DNA of 64,000 bases from Patescibacteria group bacterium (GCA_019750255.1 JAIEOU010000006.1:52142-116141), one strand, 5' to 3'; counted from the stretch's first letter, positions 54,492 through 64,000 are shown. The notes: generated from the sequence alone by a model not told the origin. Translations and numbers: made by a program.

Positions 54492-57400
54492 TTACTCAGG
54501 AAGCGGTGCGTCAGTGTCTGGCTCTGTCACCACTACTTCCGCTGGAACTGGTTCAGCTGGTACTGAATCATCAATCGGTTCAATGACTGGTTCTTCCACC
54601 TCCTCTACCACATTCACTTCCTCCTCTTCTGCAATCACTTCTTCACTCACCTCCTCGGGCAGTTCGGGGGTAGAAGTCGAAGTCGAAGTCGTATGAGGCA
54701 CGAGGGGCAGAGGCTCAGGTGACAGAGACGGTTCTGGGGTTGGGTCAGACTTATCTAGAATTTCTTGAAGCTGGCCTTTGTTGATACAAACATCTTCGAT
54801 ACACAACTCATCCGTCTCGACTTTTTTCGTCTTAAAGAACTCAGCAAAACCTGTCACTCTATCAGCCAACTCTTGCACGGCCTTCACCACCACCGCCACC
54901 AGATTACCGTACGAAATACTTTTAGAGCCTTCAACTCCATCAACGACTTCTGGAATGATGAGTTCCAGCTCTTGCGCAATGAACCCTACACGCATATCCT
55001 CGATATTTTTCATCTTGTAGGAACGCGGCTGCAGTTGCATGAGCGTATCAAGTCCATAGGTGAGCGTCTGTACATCTTCGTTATGTTCAACATCGGCTGG
55101 GGTGGTCCATTCACCAGCCACATTTAGTGTTGCGACGTTCAGCGTCCCACTACTGTCGCCTCCAAAGAACGAAAGCACGCCACTTGTGGCCATCGATAGA
55201 CTGCGGAAGTCAGTGTTCCCTGACTCAGAAATGATAAATCCGCCAAAGTAATCATTGCTTGACTGGGTCACGGAGAGGCGAGCGGCTGGGGTTGTGGTAC
55301 CAATACCAACATTGCCATCATCGGTAACGGTGACACCGAGTTCACCCAATGCTTCCTGTACTACATACGCCCAACGGGAAAGTTTTGAAGTAATTTTCTC
55401 TAAGAATGAAACCCCAAGGAAGGTGTGTGGGTTTACATAGACCAAAACCTTGCCTACCCCACTATCATCCAACGTTGTCGTGTCCAGATCTTCGAGCGCA
55501 ATACCCACGACACGGCCCGCATCAGTCGCTTTCATACCCACACCAGACCGTCCCGAGGACGTGATGTAGTCACCTTTTTTAATCATGCCGTTTTCCAGAG
55601 ATACCTTTGTTGGCACTCGACCGACGAGCGCTACTGGTTGTTTTTCAGCCGTACCGCCAGTGATATCAATGCCTAGTTTAATACCCGGAGTGGTGGTGAT
55701 GATACCAAGCGCATTGTCGTCGTAGGCATCAGTTGATTTCGCAATTAGACCGGCTGAGGACTGAGCTACGGTAACGATATCACCCGCCTCAAGCGTGTCG
55801 TCGTCGGTCGGGAAATATTCAGCAATGTCTGCCCCGCCCGAGTTCCATGAGCCACCGGTCTGCGTATAGGCATCACCTGCGGCACTAAAGCGGAAAAGAT
55901 TTTGGCCATTGAGAGAAAAGGCTGCCAGATCCGTACTATTAACTTGAAATACCTTATACGAAGTAATAGTTGGTCTAATAAAGACATTCGCTGGATTCAC
56001 CGATGTCGTACCTCCTTCGGCTTGTAGCGGGAGTCGGTTGTACACAACAGTGGACTCGCCCATGTAGACATTCTTTCCCGCATTAGGCTGCTGAGCAATT
56101 GGTCGTCTCATCACAACACGCACCTGCATCCACGCATCGCCACTTGCAGGGTTAATTAAGTCTCCGCTTTTCTTAATCGTTCGCCATGTGGATGTTCCCA
56201 ATCCAATCTCACTAGCGGCGGTTCGAACCGATATTGAGATGACACCCGGCCTGAATGTATCAGCGTTGCCGGTCCGGGCAAAAGCGGACTGACTATTTAA
56301 CTGACTATTATTAATGTGTTCCGAAAGGTATGTTCCCGTTGTAAGCCAACCAGCATCGTAGATTGCGGTAGTAAAGCCACCGCCCAGCACCATCATGTAG
56401 CGACCATCTGGACGCTGGATAGAGTGAGCACCCTGACCAGGTGTATTTCCAACACCAGGTCCGGTACTCATGGTATTTGCTACAGGATCGTAGATTGCGG
56501 TATTCGAACTGCCACCAAGTACCAGTAAGAACTTACCATCAGGACGCTGGATAGAGTGAGAACCGTTGCCAGCTACTGCCGGAAGAGCTGGTCCGGCAAC
56601 CGAGGTGTTCGTTACTGGATCGTAAATCGAGGTATTAGTACCGCCGGCACCAAACACCACCAAGAACTTACCATCCGGGCGTTTAATAGAGTGTCCGCCC
56701 GTACCAATACTACCCGCTGCGGTCCCCACTAGAGCTGGGCCAGTGTACATAGTATTAATAACTGGGTCGTAGATCGAGGTATCGGTATTTAATCCCGACA
56801 CTATCAAAAATGTGCCGTCAGGGCGTTGAATTGAGTGGGCGCCAAGATTAACTCCACTTCCTGCTATGTTCGGGCCTGGACTCATGGTATTCGCTACCGG
56901 GTCGTAAATAGTTGTTTGAGTACCGTTGTTACCCAACACAATCAAGAACTTTCCATCTGGACGCTGAATAGAGTGAGAGCCCACATTGGCCGAGCGTCCA
57001 ATCGCAGGTCCAGCCACTATCGTATTAGCAACCGGATCGTAGATGTTAGTGAGACCGCCATTATTACCCACCACAATCAAGAACTTTCCATCTGGACGCT
57101 GAATAGAGTGAGAGCCATTAGAAGGATTGCCACTAGCTATGGTCGGTCCTGCCGTGATGGTATTGGTGTCTGGATCGTAAATATTAGTAGCGTTACTATT
57201 GGCAGCTACCACGATCAAGAACTTTCCGTCTGGACGCTGAATGGAGTGAGCGCCTAAACTAGATGTGTTTGCCAAAGTTGGTCCTCCACTAAACACCCCT
57301 CGGTCGTCACTCTGCGTGGAGCTACTGACAAGTCCTATTCGGTACGGTAATGACAACCCATTATCTCCACCAATCAAACTAGCGAGTAGTGGCACAGAAG

Positions 57401-60400
57401 ATGAGGCGAAACTGAGTGCGGTAGACGTAGCAAAACCCGTTGCAAAATCAGCATTTTCCTTTCGAAAGACCGACTGATTATCAATCGTGAAGTTGTAAAG
57501 AGCCGGTTGAGCGAAATCTCGTCGGTATTTGGTATCGCTCTCTCCAAGCCAGGTGTTAGTTGGTGTAAACGGCTGTCGTGGTTGCGCATGTGGTGCAACT
57601 GATCGTGAGAGGGTGACCCGCACCTTTGCCCACTGCGCCCCATTTACCGGACGAATCGGAAAACGATTACTCGTCGTTGTGGCGTACGGTGCGCTTGTTA
57701 GTCCCCCTTGCGTAGTAGCCGTCTTTATAGCCACCTCAATTTTACCTCCTCCATTACCATTAAAGTTAAGGAGTGAGCTTTGATTAAGTTGAGAAATATT
57801 TAAGTCTTCTGATTCGTACGAGCCCGACATTACCCAGCCTGCGTCGTAGAGGGTGGAGGCAGTACTATTACCCAAAACCATCAAGTACCGTCCGTCCGGC
57901 CGCTGGAGCGTGTGAGCACCCAAACCTGCAGACGCCGTGAGGGTTGGGCCGGCCGTCATCGTATTTGCAATCGGATCGTAGATGTTGGTGGCTGTACCCC
58001 CACTAAGCACCACCAAGAACCTACCATCGGGGCGTTGGATAGAGTGAGCGAATGGCGAGACGGTTGCGGTGAGGCTTGGGCCGGTACTAAAAGTATTATT
58101 TATAGGGTCATAAATAGCGGTATTGGTTCCAAGAAATCCTAGCACCACCAAGAACCTACCATCGGGGCGTTGGATAGAGTGACCACCACCGCCAAGAATA
58201 TTAGGCAGCGTCGGCCCTGCCGCTATAGAATTAGCGACTGGGTCATAAATGTTGGTAACAGTACCGTTACCGATTAACACTAAGAACGTACCGTCTGGAC
58301 GCTGGATAGAATGCGAGCCTAGTGTAGCGGCGCTCGTTAACGTCGGGCCGCCACTTACTGTATTAGCCACCGGGTCATAAATATTAGTAGCAGTGGAACC
58401 ACCCGCTACAATCAAGTACGTACCGTTCGGACGTTGAATAGAGTGAGCACCCATGCCTGAGATACCGTTAGTGAGGGCTGGGCCTTCTATTATAGTATTG
58501 GCTACAGGGTCATAAATATTAGTTCTGGTAGGGGCGCCGTTACCTAAGACAATTAAGAACTTTCCGTCTGGACGCTGGATAGAGTGCGCACTTTGATAGG
58601 CTAGAGTGGTTAGGTTGGGCCCGGCACTAGTAGAGTTAGTCACCGGATTGTAGATAAGGGTATCTACGGTGTTGAATCCCCGCACAATTAAGAACGTACC
58701 ATCTGGGCGCTGAATGGAGTGGGCGCCATCACCGAGACTTGAGGATCCTAAAGTTGGGCCGGTGCTCATCACGCCTGCACCAAGATTGGTAGTCGTGGCA
58801 AACAACAACTTTATTTCATTAGAAGTTGTGGCTATGCCAGCACTAACACTGGCACCACTTACGGAAAAATCAGCGGTTGTTTGTTTTGTTACAGAGGACG
58901 TAGAGGTAGCATTCACAGAGAGTAACGCCAGTGGTCCCGTCGTACCAATTCCAAGCCTGCCTTGTGAATCTAACGTCATGCCGGTCACGCCATTAGTTCT
59001 AAACAGCAAGGATTGATTGTCATTAGTGCCAAAGATGGCCGTAGTTCCAAAAGCATTACCACCCTGAACAAAACTGTTGGCGGCACTACTGGTAATCCAT
59101 TGGGTTGACGTACCGGTTGATTGCAGAATTTGACCAACAGTTCCAGTAGCATTAGTACTATCGCGCAGTGCACCTGTAATGGTAAGGGCGGTGGTTGTAG
59201 CGGCGGTAGCCGTAACTCTTGTCAGGGTCGATAGTCCACTAGCGTTAAGGGTGACAACGTTAGAGGTGCTCGCGTTAGTAGTGGTGGCATTAAGCGTAAC
59301 AAAATTTGAAACGCCGGTTGCAGTCAAGCCAGCAAACGTTGGAGCCGTATTAAAAACAACTGTACCAGTACCGGTCTCGTCAGACAACAAGGCGGCTAAC
59401 TGAGCGGAGTTGGTGAAGGCGGCTGAGAACCCAAGTGATGAGGTGGCTGCCCATGCAGTCCCGTTGGTGGTTGAGGTGAGGACACTACCCACTGCCCCAG
59501 TACTTGAAGACGAATCGGCAAAGCGGCCGTTGAGACTGAAGTCGCCAGCCACAGTGAGCCTAGTAGCTGTAGCGTTGGTAGCCAAAAGTGAAGTCAAAGT
59601 AGAGAGGCCGGTGACGTTTAGCGTACCGATTGCGCTGATATTAGCACCCGTGAGATTACCAGTGAAGAACCCGTTACCAACTACTGATAGGCGATTTGTA
59701 GGTGAACTTGTACCTAGACCAAGGTTACCCATAGAATTCAACCGCATCGCTTCAGCTAAAGGTGTTTGTGTAACACCGCCACTGCCAACGAGATTTATGG
59801 CAATAGCTGCCTGTACCCAGTTATAATTTCCGGCCGTAGTCCAATTCATAATAGTGTTCGTAGTTACACCTTGACGATACGATCCGGCGGCAAACACCGA
59901 CTGCACGTCGTTCCATAAAAGTGTTTGTGCCGGATCGACTGTGGGTCCGCCCGTCTCAGTAGACACAACATCTAGTACGAGAGTGGACGGCGTAGAGCTT
60001 ACATTTACGCTCTGTGCGGTTCCACCATTTGTGGCTGTTGCAACCGCGTAAATTGGAGAAGCCTGATTAACGTTTGAGAGCGTTATAGCGGTCATTTGCG
60101 TGGCTCGGAAGCTAGAAAAGTTGGCGGTCAACGTGTTACTCCCAGTTGTAGGGTTCACCAAGTACCACACCTCAACCCGGTTAGCATTTGAACCATTTCC
60201 CACCGACGTAGCGAGCGTAAGCGGGGTGCCGTTATATGTTATAGACGATACGGTTGAACCATTTGAGGCAAAAGCCACCTGGACTACAAGTAGCGTATTA
60301 TCTACGGCGGCTGACACTGCGTGACTAGTCGTCAACTGATTAGTGTTACCGTTTTTAATAGTTGTGGTATTTTGAACATTTACCGGAGCCGCAACTGCAT

Positions 60401-61346
60401 TTCCAGTACGAAAGACCAAGTTACCGGAACCTCCAATGCCTGTTCCGCGTGATGCATCAAACCGTATATCACCACCGGCAACATCAGTACCGGAAGCATT
60501 CACTCCGCGCAGCGTGAATAACGACGGCGCACCACCTTCTCCTGTCCCAACCACCATGTCTGCCTTCGCAAGGTGAAGCCCCGCCACTGGGTTACTTACG
60601 CCAATCCCCACGTTGCCACCAGAACTAATCCGCATTACTTCACTGCCAGCATTGAGCCACTTATAGCCCGAACCCTGACTACCGTTAATCTGAAACATTC
60701 CATCGGAAGCGTTGCGACCTAGATCGAAAAAGAATTGACCGGTATTTTCGCTAACACGAATTTGGGTAGTAGTTCCATTTGCAATGTGCAAAGTATTCCC
60801 TGGCGTACTCGTCCCCACTCCTAGGTTCGTTCCCGTAAAGACGAAGTTCGATGACGAAGCAAGGGTGTTAACCGCACTCGTGTATAAAACAGTGTTCGCT
60901 CCCCCAAGTGCGGAGACTCCGGTACCACCCCGGTTTGCAGCGAGAGTACCGGTAGTATCACTAAGCGCAATCCCGAATGTTGACGTCGACACCCACTGCG
61001 ACGTCGCACCGTTCGTCTGCAGGATTTGTCCGACCGTACCAAGGGAGTTAGAAGAATCACGGAGCGCACTGATGCGCAGCGCCATGGCGGTTGATGAGCC
61101 AGTGAGGACAATACCGTCGGTTGCAGTGAGAGGATTGAGGAACACGCCGTTATCGACCCAGTTACTACCGCCGCCCCCTCCAAGGCCAAGAGTTGAAGTA
61201 GCTACCCAAGCAGTACCGGTTGCGGTAGCGGTGAGGACACTGCCTACTGCCCCAGTGCTTGAAGATGAGTCAGCGAAGCGGCCAATGAGACGCATGTCGC
61301 CGGCGACAGTGAGGCGTGCCGACGGTGAGGTTGTGCCGATGCCCAA
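54492..61346 (-). CDS. Giant surface protein (2,284 aa). It has tail-fibre-like N-terminal repeats ('IGTTSPSARLTV'), Gly/Thr/Ser-rich beta-helical-like regions, two seven-bladed Kelch-like beta-propellers ('HSIQRPDGKFLIV...NIYDPVANT' x14), a C-terminal peptidase-S74 intramolecular-chaperone auto-processing domain and an acidic Pro/Glu tail.
   Basis: The ORF starts at TTG and has no signal peptide. There are 14 repeats of 'AHSIQRPDG[KT]FL[IV]V.G......IYDP..NT', and each set of seven ends 'IYDAGW'. The C-terminal 'LQPRSYKMKNIEDMRVGFIAQELELIIPEVV...ISYGNLVAVVVKAVQEL' is the S74 chaperone domain signature. Confidence 0.85.
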   Translation of the reverse strand: MGIGTTSPSARLTVAGDMRLIGRFADSSSSTGAVGSVLTATATGTAWVATSTLGLGGGGGSNWVDNGVFLNPLTATDGIVLTGSSTAMALRISALRDSSNSLGTVGQILQTNGATSQWVSTSTFGIALSDTTGTLAANRGGTGVSALGGANTVLYTSAVNTLASSSNFVFTGTNLGVGTSTPGNTLHIANGTTTQIRVSENTGQFFFDLGRNASDGMFQINGSQGSGYKWLNAGSEVMRISSGGNVGIGVSNPVAGLHLAKADMVVGTGEGGAPSLFTLRGVNASGTDVAGGDIRFDASRGTGIGGSGNLVFRTGNAVAAPVNVQNTTTIKNGNTNQLTTSHAVSAAVDNTLLVVQVAFASNGSTVSSITYNGTPLTLATSVGNGSNANRVEVWYLVNPTTGSNTLTANFSSFRATQMTAITLSNVNQASPIYAVATATNGGTAQSVNVSSTPSTLVLDVVSTETGGPTVDPAQTLLWNDVQSVFAAGSYRQGVTTNTIMNWTTAGNYNWVQAAIAINLVGSGGVTQTPLAEAMRLNSMGNLGLGTSSPTNRLSVVGNGFFTGNLTGANISAIGTLNVTGLSTLTSLLATNATATRLTVAGDFSLNGRFADSSSSTGAVGSVLTSTTNGTAWAATSSLGFSAAFTNSAQLAALLSDETGTGTVVFNTAPTFAGLTATGVSNFVTLNATTTNASTSNVVTLNASGLSTLTRVTATAATTTALTITGALRDSTNATGTVGQILQSTGTSTQWITSSAANSFVQGGNAFGTTAIFGTNDNQSLLFRTNGVTGMTLDSQGRLGIGTTGPLALLSVNATSTSSVTKQTTADFSVSGASVSAGIATTSNEIKLLFATTTNLGAGVMSTGPTLGSSSLGDGAHSIQRPDGTFLIVRGFNTVDTLIYNPVTNSTSAGPNLTTLAYQSAHSIQRPDGKFLIVLGNGAPTRTNIYDPVANTIIEGPALTNGISGMGAHSIQRPNGTYLIVAGGSTATNIYDPVANTVSGGPTLTSAATLGSHSIQRPDGTFLVLIGNGTVTNIYDPVANSIAAGPTLPNILGGGGHSIQRPDGRFLVVLGFLGTNTAIYDPINNTFSTGPSLTATVSPFAHSIQRPDGRFLVVLSGGTATNIYDPIANTMTAGPTLTASAGLGAHTLQRPDGRYLMVLGNSTASTLYDAGWVMSGSYESEDLNISQLNQSSLLNFNGNGGGKIEVAIKTATTQGGLTSAPYATTTSNRFPIRPVNGAQWAKVRVTLSRSVAPHAQPRQPFTPTNTWLGESDTKYRRDFAQPALYNFTIDNQSVFRKENADFATGFATSTALSFASSSVPLLASLIGGDNGLSLPYRIGLVSSSTQSDDRGVFSGGPTLANTSSLGAHSIQRPDGKFLIVVAANSNATNIYDPDTNTITAGPTIASGNPSNGSHSIQRPDGKFLIVVGNNGGLTNIYDPVANTIVAGPAIGRSANVGSHSIQRPDGKFLIVLGNNGTQTTIYDPVANTMSPGPNIAGSGVNLGAHSIQRPDGTFLIVSGLNTDTSIYDPVINTMYTGPALVGTAAGSIGTGGHSIKRPDGKFLVVFGAGGTNTSIYDPVTNTSVAGPALPAVAGNGSHSIQRPDGKFLLVLGGSSNTAIYDPVANTMSTGPGVGNTPGQGAHSIQRPDGRYMMVLGGGFTTAIYDAGWLTTGTYLSEHINNSQLNSQSAFARTGNADTFRPGVISISVRTAASEIGLGTSTWRTIKKSGDLINPASGDAWMQVRVVMRRPIAQQPNAGKNVYMGESTVVYNRLPLQAEGGTTSVNPANVFIRPTITSYKVFQVNSTDLAAFSLNGQNLFRFSAAGDAYTQTGGSWNSGGADIAEYFPTDDDTLEAGDIVTVAQSSAGLIAKSTDAYDDNALGIITTTPGIKLGIDITGGTAEKQPVALVGRVPTKVSLENGMIKKGDYITSSGRSGVGMKATDAGRVVGIALEDLDTTTLDDSGVGKVLVYVNPHTFLGVSFLEKITSKLSRWAYVVQEALGELGVTVTDDGNVGIGTTTPAARLSVTQSSNDYFGGFIISESGNTDFRSLSMATSGVLSFFGGDSSGTLNVATLNVAGEWTTPADVEHNEDVQTLTYGLDTLMQLQPRSYKMKNIEDMRVGFIAQELELIIPEVVDGVEGSKSISYGNLVAVVVKAVQELADRVTGFAEFFKTKKVETDELCIEDVCINKGQLQEILDKSDPTPEPSLSPEPLPLVPHTTSTSTSTPELPEEVSEEVIAEEEEVNVVEEVEEPVIEPIDDSVPAEPVPAEVVVTEPDTDAPLPE
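56300..58800. repeat. Array of ~14 DNA repeats (~140 nt period) encoding the Kelch-like blades (recurring ccatctggacgctggatagagtg)
   Basis: Recurring near-identical 25-30-nt blocks on the plus strand. The plus-strand ORF-track peptides 'ELSIWTLNRV' recur as antisense shadows. Confidence 0.7.
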
Positions 61347-61358
61347 ATTTCCATTATC

Positions 61359-64000
61359 TTAAAGGGTCACCTTCGCCACCCCGGCACTGTCAAATAATTG
61401 TGCCAATAGACCGGTTGTAGTCCCCGCTCCCATCACCGTCAAACGGGCCGGCGTTCCAATAGTAGACGAAATACCGACATTTCCAGTTACTCCACTCATC
61501 ATCAGGGGTGAAACCGTACCATCATTAATATTGTTTGTCGGTTTAAAGAGTAGGTATCTATCCGTAGTCTCTCCCGCCGCAATCATGTACCAATTGTTGA
61601 GCTGACCAGCGCCTTCCATGTAGTACCCAGCTCGCCCTGTCCCGCCGGTTGTTCGGGCATTAACAAACGCGTTAAATGGATCCTCGACCCTGATTTGTTG
61701 ACCAAAGCTATTACCCCCAACAACGTGTACTGGTGCTTGCGGTGCTGCTGTTCCAATCCCGATGGCACCTACAGCAGTATCAGCAAACAAGAGCGGAGTT
61801 GATGACGTACCAACCCTAAGGTTACCCCAGACATCAAGCCTAGTAGATGGCGTACTTGTTCCCACTCCCAAGTTCGTTCCTGTAAAGACAAACAATGATG
61901 AAGTCGCTAAGGTATTGACCGCACTGGTGTACAAAATAGTACCAATCCCCCCAAGCGCGGAGACGCCGGTACCGCCACGGTTAGCAGCTAAGGTGCCAGT
62001 CGTATCACTAAGAGCAATCGCTAAAGACGACGTCGATACACTATCAACCGTACCGTTGGAGGCTACCCGGGCGAGGAAGCCGTTGGTCCAGGTGGTGGTG
62101 GTAGCGAGGTAGATGGTACCGGCAGCCGCGTTTAATGTATTGCCCGACCAGGATAGTCCCGAACCAGCGGTGATGCGAGTACTCGGGGTGTTATAGAAAG
62201 AATTCCAGTTGGTTCCGGAAGCGGACAGGAAACCCTCGTAGCCGGCGGCGTAGCCGAGGGTGAGCGTGCCGCTAGTAGTGACGGGGCCACCGGCGGTGGT
62301 AAAGCCAGTGGGGACGCCGAGGTTGACGGAGGTGACGGTGCCGCCACCGAGCCCGAGACTTCCGGTCGCCACCGTGAGGGCGCCATTTGATTCGATGTAG
62401 AGGCCAACGCCGGTAAAGTCGGTGATCGAGTCACCGTTCATAGTAATGCGCGCAGCGGCCAGCGTGCCGGTCGCGGTAATGTTCGTAGCCACGATACCGT
62501 TAAAGGTCGAGGTGCCAGTAAATGTAGGGGCGTTGTTAAAGACCGCCTGACCCGTCCCCGTTTCGTCAGACAACAACGCCGCTAACTGAGCGGAGTTAGC
62601 AAAGGCGGCCGAGAGGCCTAAGCTTGACGTCGCCACACTATCAACCGTGCCGTTGCTGGCCACTCGAGCGAGGAAGCCGTTGGTCCAGGTGGTGGTGGTA
62701 GCGAGGTAGATGGTACCGGCAGCCGCGTTTAATGTATTGCCCGACCAGGATAGTCCCGAACCAGCGGTGATGCGAGTACTCGGGGTGTTATAGAAAGAAT
62801 TCCAGTTGGTTCCGGAAGCGGACAGGAAACCCTCGTAGCCGGCGGCGTAGCCGAGGGTGAGCGTGCCGCTAGTAGTGACGGGGCCACCGGCGGTGGTAAA
62901 GCCAGTGGGGACGCCGAGGTTGACGGAGGTGACGGTGCCGGCATTGGTTACACAAACACCATTGATTGAAAAGCAGCCACTAGTGAGGTTAACCGTCCCG
63001 CCAAAAGTAGAGGTGGCGGCACCTGACACATTAAGGACATTACCAATAGTGGCAGAGCCTCCAACCACCAAAGTGGTGGCGGTTGTGCTTGTGCTCACAC
63101 TAAGCCTAGTACCGTCGTAGGTAAAGTCAGCTGATTGAGTCAGGACTGAACCAGTCGCGTTCACAAAGGGAATGCTCGCTGCAATGAGGGTATTGGGTGT
63201 ATCAAGTAAGCCGGTATAGGTAATATCAGTTCCACCCACACACACGCCGTTTATTGAAAAACAGCCACCAGTGAGATTAACGGTACCGCCAAAGGTAGAG
63301 GTGGCAGTACCTAACACTGAAACTACATCATTAATTACAGCAGACCCTTCAACCGCGAGTGCATTTGAATTAAAAGTCGAGGAACCAACTACGATACTTG
63401 AAAAAAATGATCCAGCTCTTGTAGTTGATCCAATAACTACCCCATCAATAGAACCGCCGCTCAGCGTGAGTACGTTACTCACATCCGTATCAGTAACACA
63501 GTCTACACAACCACCTCGAGCACGTACGAGAGCCAATGTGTCGACAGAGCTAATTACAGTACCATTAACGGCAATACCTTCACCACCAGAAAAATCAACG
63601 TCTCCTGATTCCCCATTGATGCTCTCAACACCACTAAATTCTTCAGCAATGAACGATACTGTAGGAGCATTGGCCGGACCAGTAATGCGCACATTTGAAC
63701 CGCCTCGCACACGATTAACTACATTCGAAGCAAAGAGCTCACCAGTACCCAAATCAATAGTAGCTCCCCGCGTAACCACCCCTCCAGTTGCCTCGAGCAT
63801 ACCCTGAACCCCTAAGGAACCTGATACAGTCGCTTGCGCTAGTGCGGCCGCACCACTGACCGTCACATTTGTACTCGTTAATGAACCGGCATCTACGTTA
63901 CCTGTTGCTACCACACTACTCATTCTACTCACCCCCAACACTGTTAGCGGCGCCTCAATAGTGGTCGTTCCAAGTGTCGTGCTTAACCCTCGTACGGTAA
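61359..64000 (-). CDS. Giant tail-fibre-like Gly/Thr/Ser-rich surface protein. The N-terminus runs off the right window edge. It shares repeat modules with the 54492..61346 product.
   Basis: >860 aa within the window. 'IALSDTTGTLAANRGGTGVSALGG' and 'SSLGLSAAFANSAQLAALLSDETGTG' are shared with the downstream giant ORF. An internal 199-aa-period duplication is present. The reading frame is open up to position 64000 in this frame. Confidence 0.75.
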   Translation of the reverse strand, partial: TVRGLSTTLGTTTIEAPLTVLGVSRMSSVVATGNVDAGSLTSTNVTVSGAAALAQATVSGSLGVQGMLEATGGVVTRGATIDLGTGELFASNVVNRVRGGSNVRITGPANAPTVSFIAEEFSGVESINGESGDVDFSGGEGIAVNGTVISSVDTLALVRARGGCVDCVTDTDVSNVLTLSGGSIDGVVIGSTTRAGSFFSSIVVGSSTFNSNALAVEGSAVINDVVSVLGTATSTFGGTVNLTGGCFSINGVCVGGTDITYTGLLDTPNTLIAASIPFVNATGSVLTQSADFTYDGTRLSVSTSTTATTLVVGGSATIGNVLNVSGAATSTFGGTVNLTSGCFSINGVCVTNAGTVTSVNLGVPTGFTTAGGPVTTSGTLTLGYAAGYEGFLSASGTNWNSFYNTPSTRITAGSGLSWSGNTLNAAAGTIYLATTTTWTNGFLARVASNGTVDSVATSSLGLSAAFANSAQLAALLSDETGTGQAVFNNAPTFTGTSTFNGIVATNITATGTLAAARITMNGDSITDFTGVGLYIESNGALTVATGSLGLGGGTVTSVNLGVPTGFTTAGGPVTTSGTLTLGYAAGYEGFLSASGTNWNSFYNTPSTRITAGSGLSWSGNTLNAAAGTIYLATTTTWTNGFLARVASNGTVDSVSTSSLAIALSDTTGTLAANRGGTGVSALGGIGTILYTSAVNTLATSSLFVFTGTNLGVGTSTPSTRLDVWGNLRVGTSSTPLLFADTAVGAIGIGTAAPQAPVHVVGGNSFGQQIRVEDPFNAFVNARTTGGTGRAGYYMEGAGQLNNWYMIAAGETTDRYLLFKPTNNINDGTVSPLMMSGVTGNVGISSTIGTPARLTVMGAGTTTGLLAQLFDSAGVAKVTL
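62041..62939. repeat. Near-perfect ~300-bp direct repeat (62041..62342 and 62638..62939; period 597 bp = 199 codons) inside the giant gene
   Basis: Long identical runs (tagcgaggtagatggtaccggcagccgcgtttaatgtattgcccgaccagg...) appear at both positions. The ORF track gives identical 71-aa peptides at 62132..62434 and 62729..62944. Confidence 0.85.

Noticed and set aside
1-64000. Alternative genetic code (UGA=Gly, code 25) as an explanation for the missing long ORF
   Set aside because: Other genes up to 2,284 codons are intact under the standard code. The giant gene translates cleanly with the standard code. TGA is used as a stop, for example in the ATGA overlap at 33840-33843.
1-64000. tRNA, rRNA, tmRNA, RNase P or SRP RNA genes in intergenic spacers (scanned for T-loop GGTTCGAAT-type motifs and other conserved boxes)
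   Set aside because: No convincing match was found by eye. A covariance-model scan would be needed to exclude them fully.

Overview
The window looks like a compact, gene-dense bacterial genome of roughly 50% GC that uses the standard code (TGA functions as a stop). Its content resembles a monoderm Candidate Phyla Radiation (Patescibacteria/Saccharibacteria-like) organism, but that taxonomy is inference. Almost the whole window is cell-envelope or surface biology. From 1 to about 24.7 kb, every gene is on the minus strand. That block holds a giant (>4,300 aa, window-truncated) adhesin-like protein with a DUF2341/LamG module, FN3-like modules and WNG-type beta-propeller-like repeats. It also holds a cohesin-like membrane protein and a dockerin-bearing surface protein flanking an Hsp20 gene, an ABC exporter, three tandem paralogues of secreted FGE-sulfatase (SUMF1)-fold proteins, and a WxL/DUF916-like surface pair. 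Next comes a 1.3-kb ORF-free, G-depleted stretch, then secreted GH18, CAP-domain, sortase and cytidylyltransferase genes. After those come two paralogous exopolysaccharide modules, each a PgaC/NodC-like GT2 synthase with a small membrane protein and secreted DUF11/TIM-barrel and GH18-like hydrolases. Downstream lie a DUF642/InlB-B-repeat secreted protein with a sortase-type C-terminal tail, and a Wzx-like flippase fragment truncated by a 2x114-bp tandem palindromic repeat whose short cores recur in nearby intergenic spacers. The remaining genes are cell-wall hydrolases (LD-carboxypeptidase, M23 peptidase, TolB-like propeller), an ECF sigma/anti-sigma pair, rsuA-like, typA, a frameshifted NYN-domain gene, a GIY-YIG protein and several secreted hypotheticals. 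The window ends with two more giant surface proteins. One has two 7-bladed Kelch-like propellers plus a peptidase-S74 (phage tail-fibre) auto-processing domain. They are separated by a single in-frame TAA, and the upstream one contains a near-perfect 300-bp internal duplication. I found no rRNA, tRNA or CRISPR. The most interesting candidates are the cohesin-dockerin/giant-adhesin surface system, the FGE-fold triplication operon with an ABC exporter, the duplicated GT2-hydrolase exopolysaccharide modules, the palindromic repeat family and the in-frame-stop-split giant gene.
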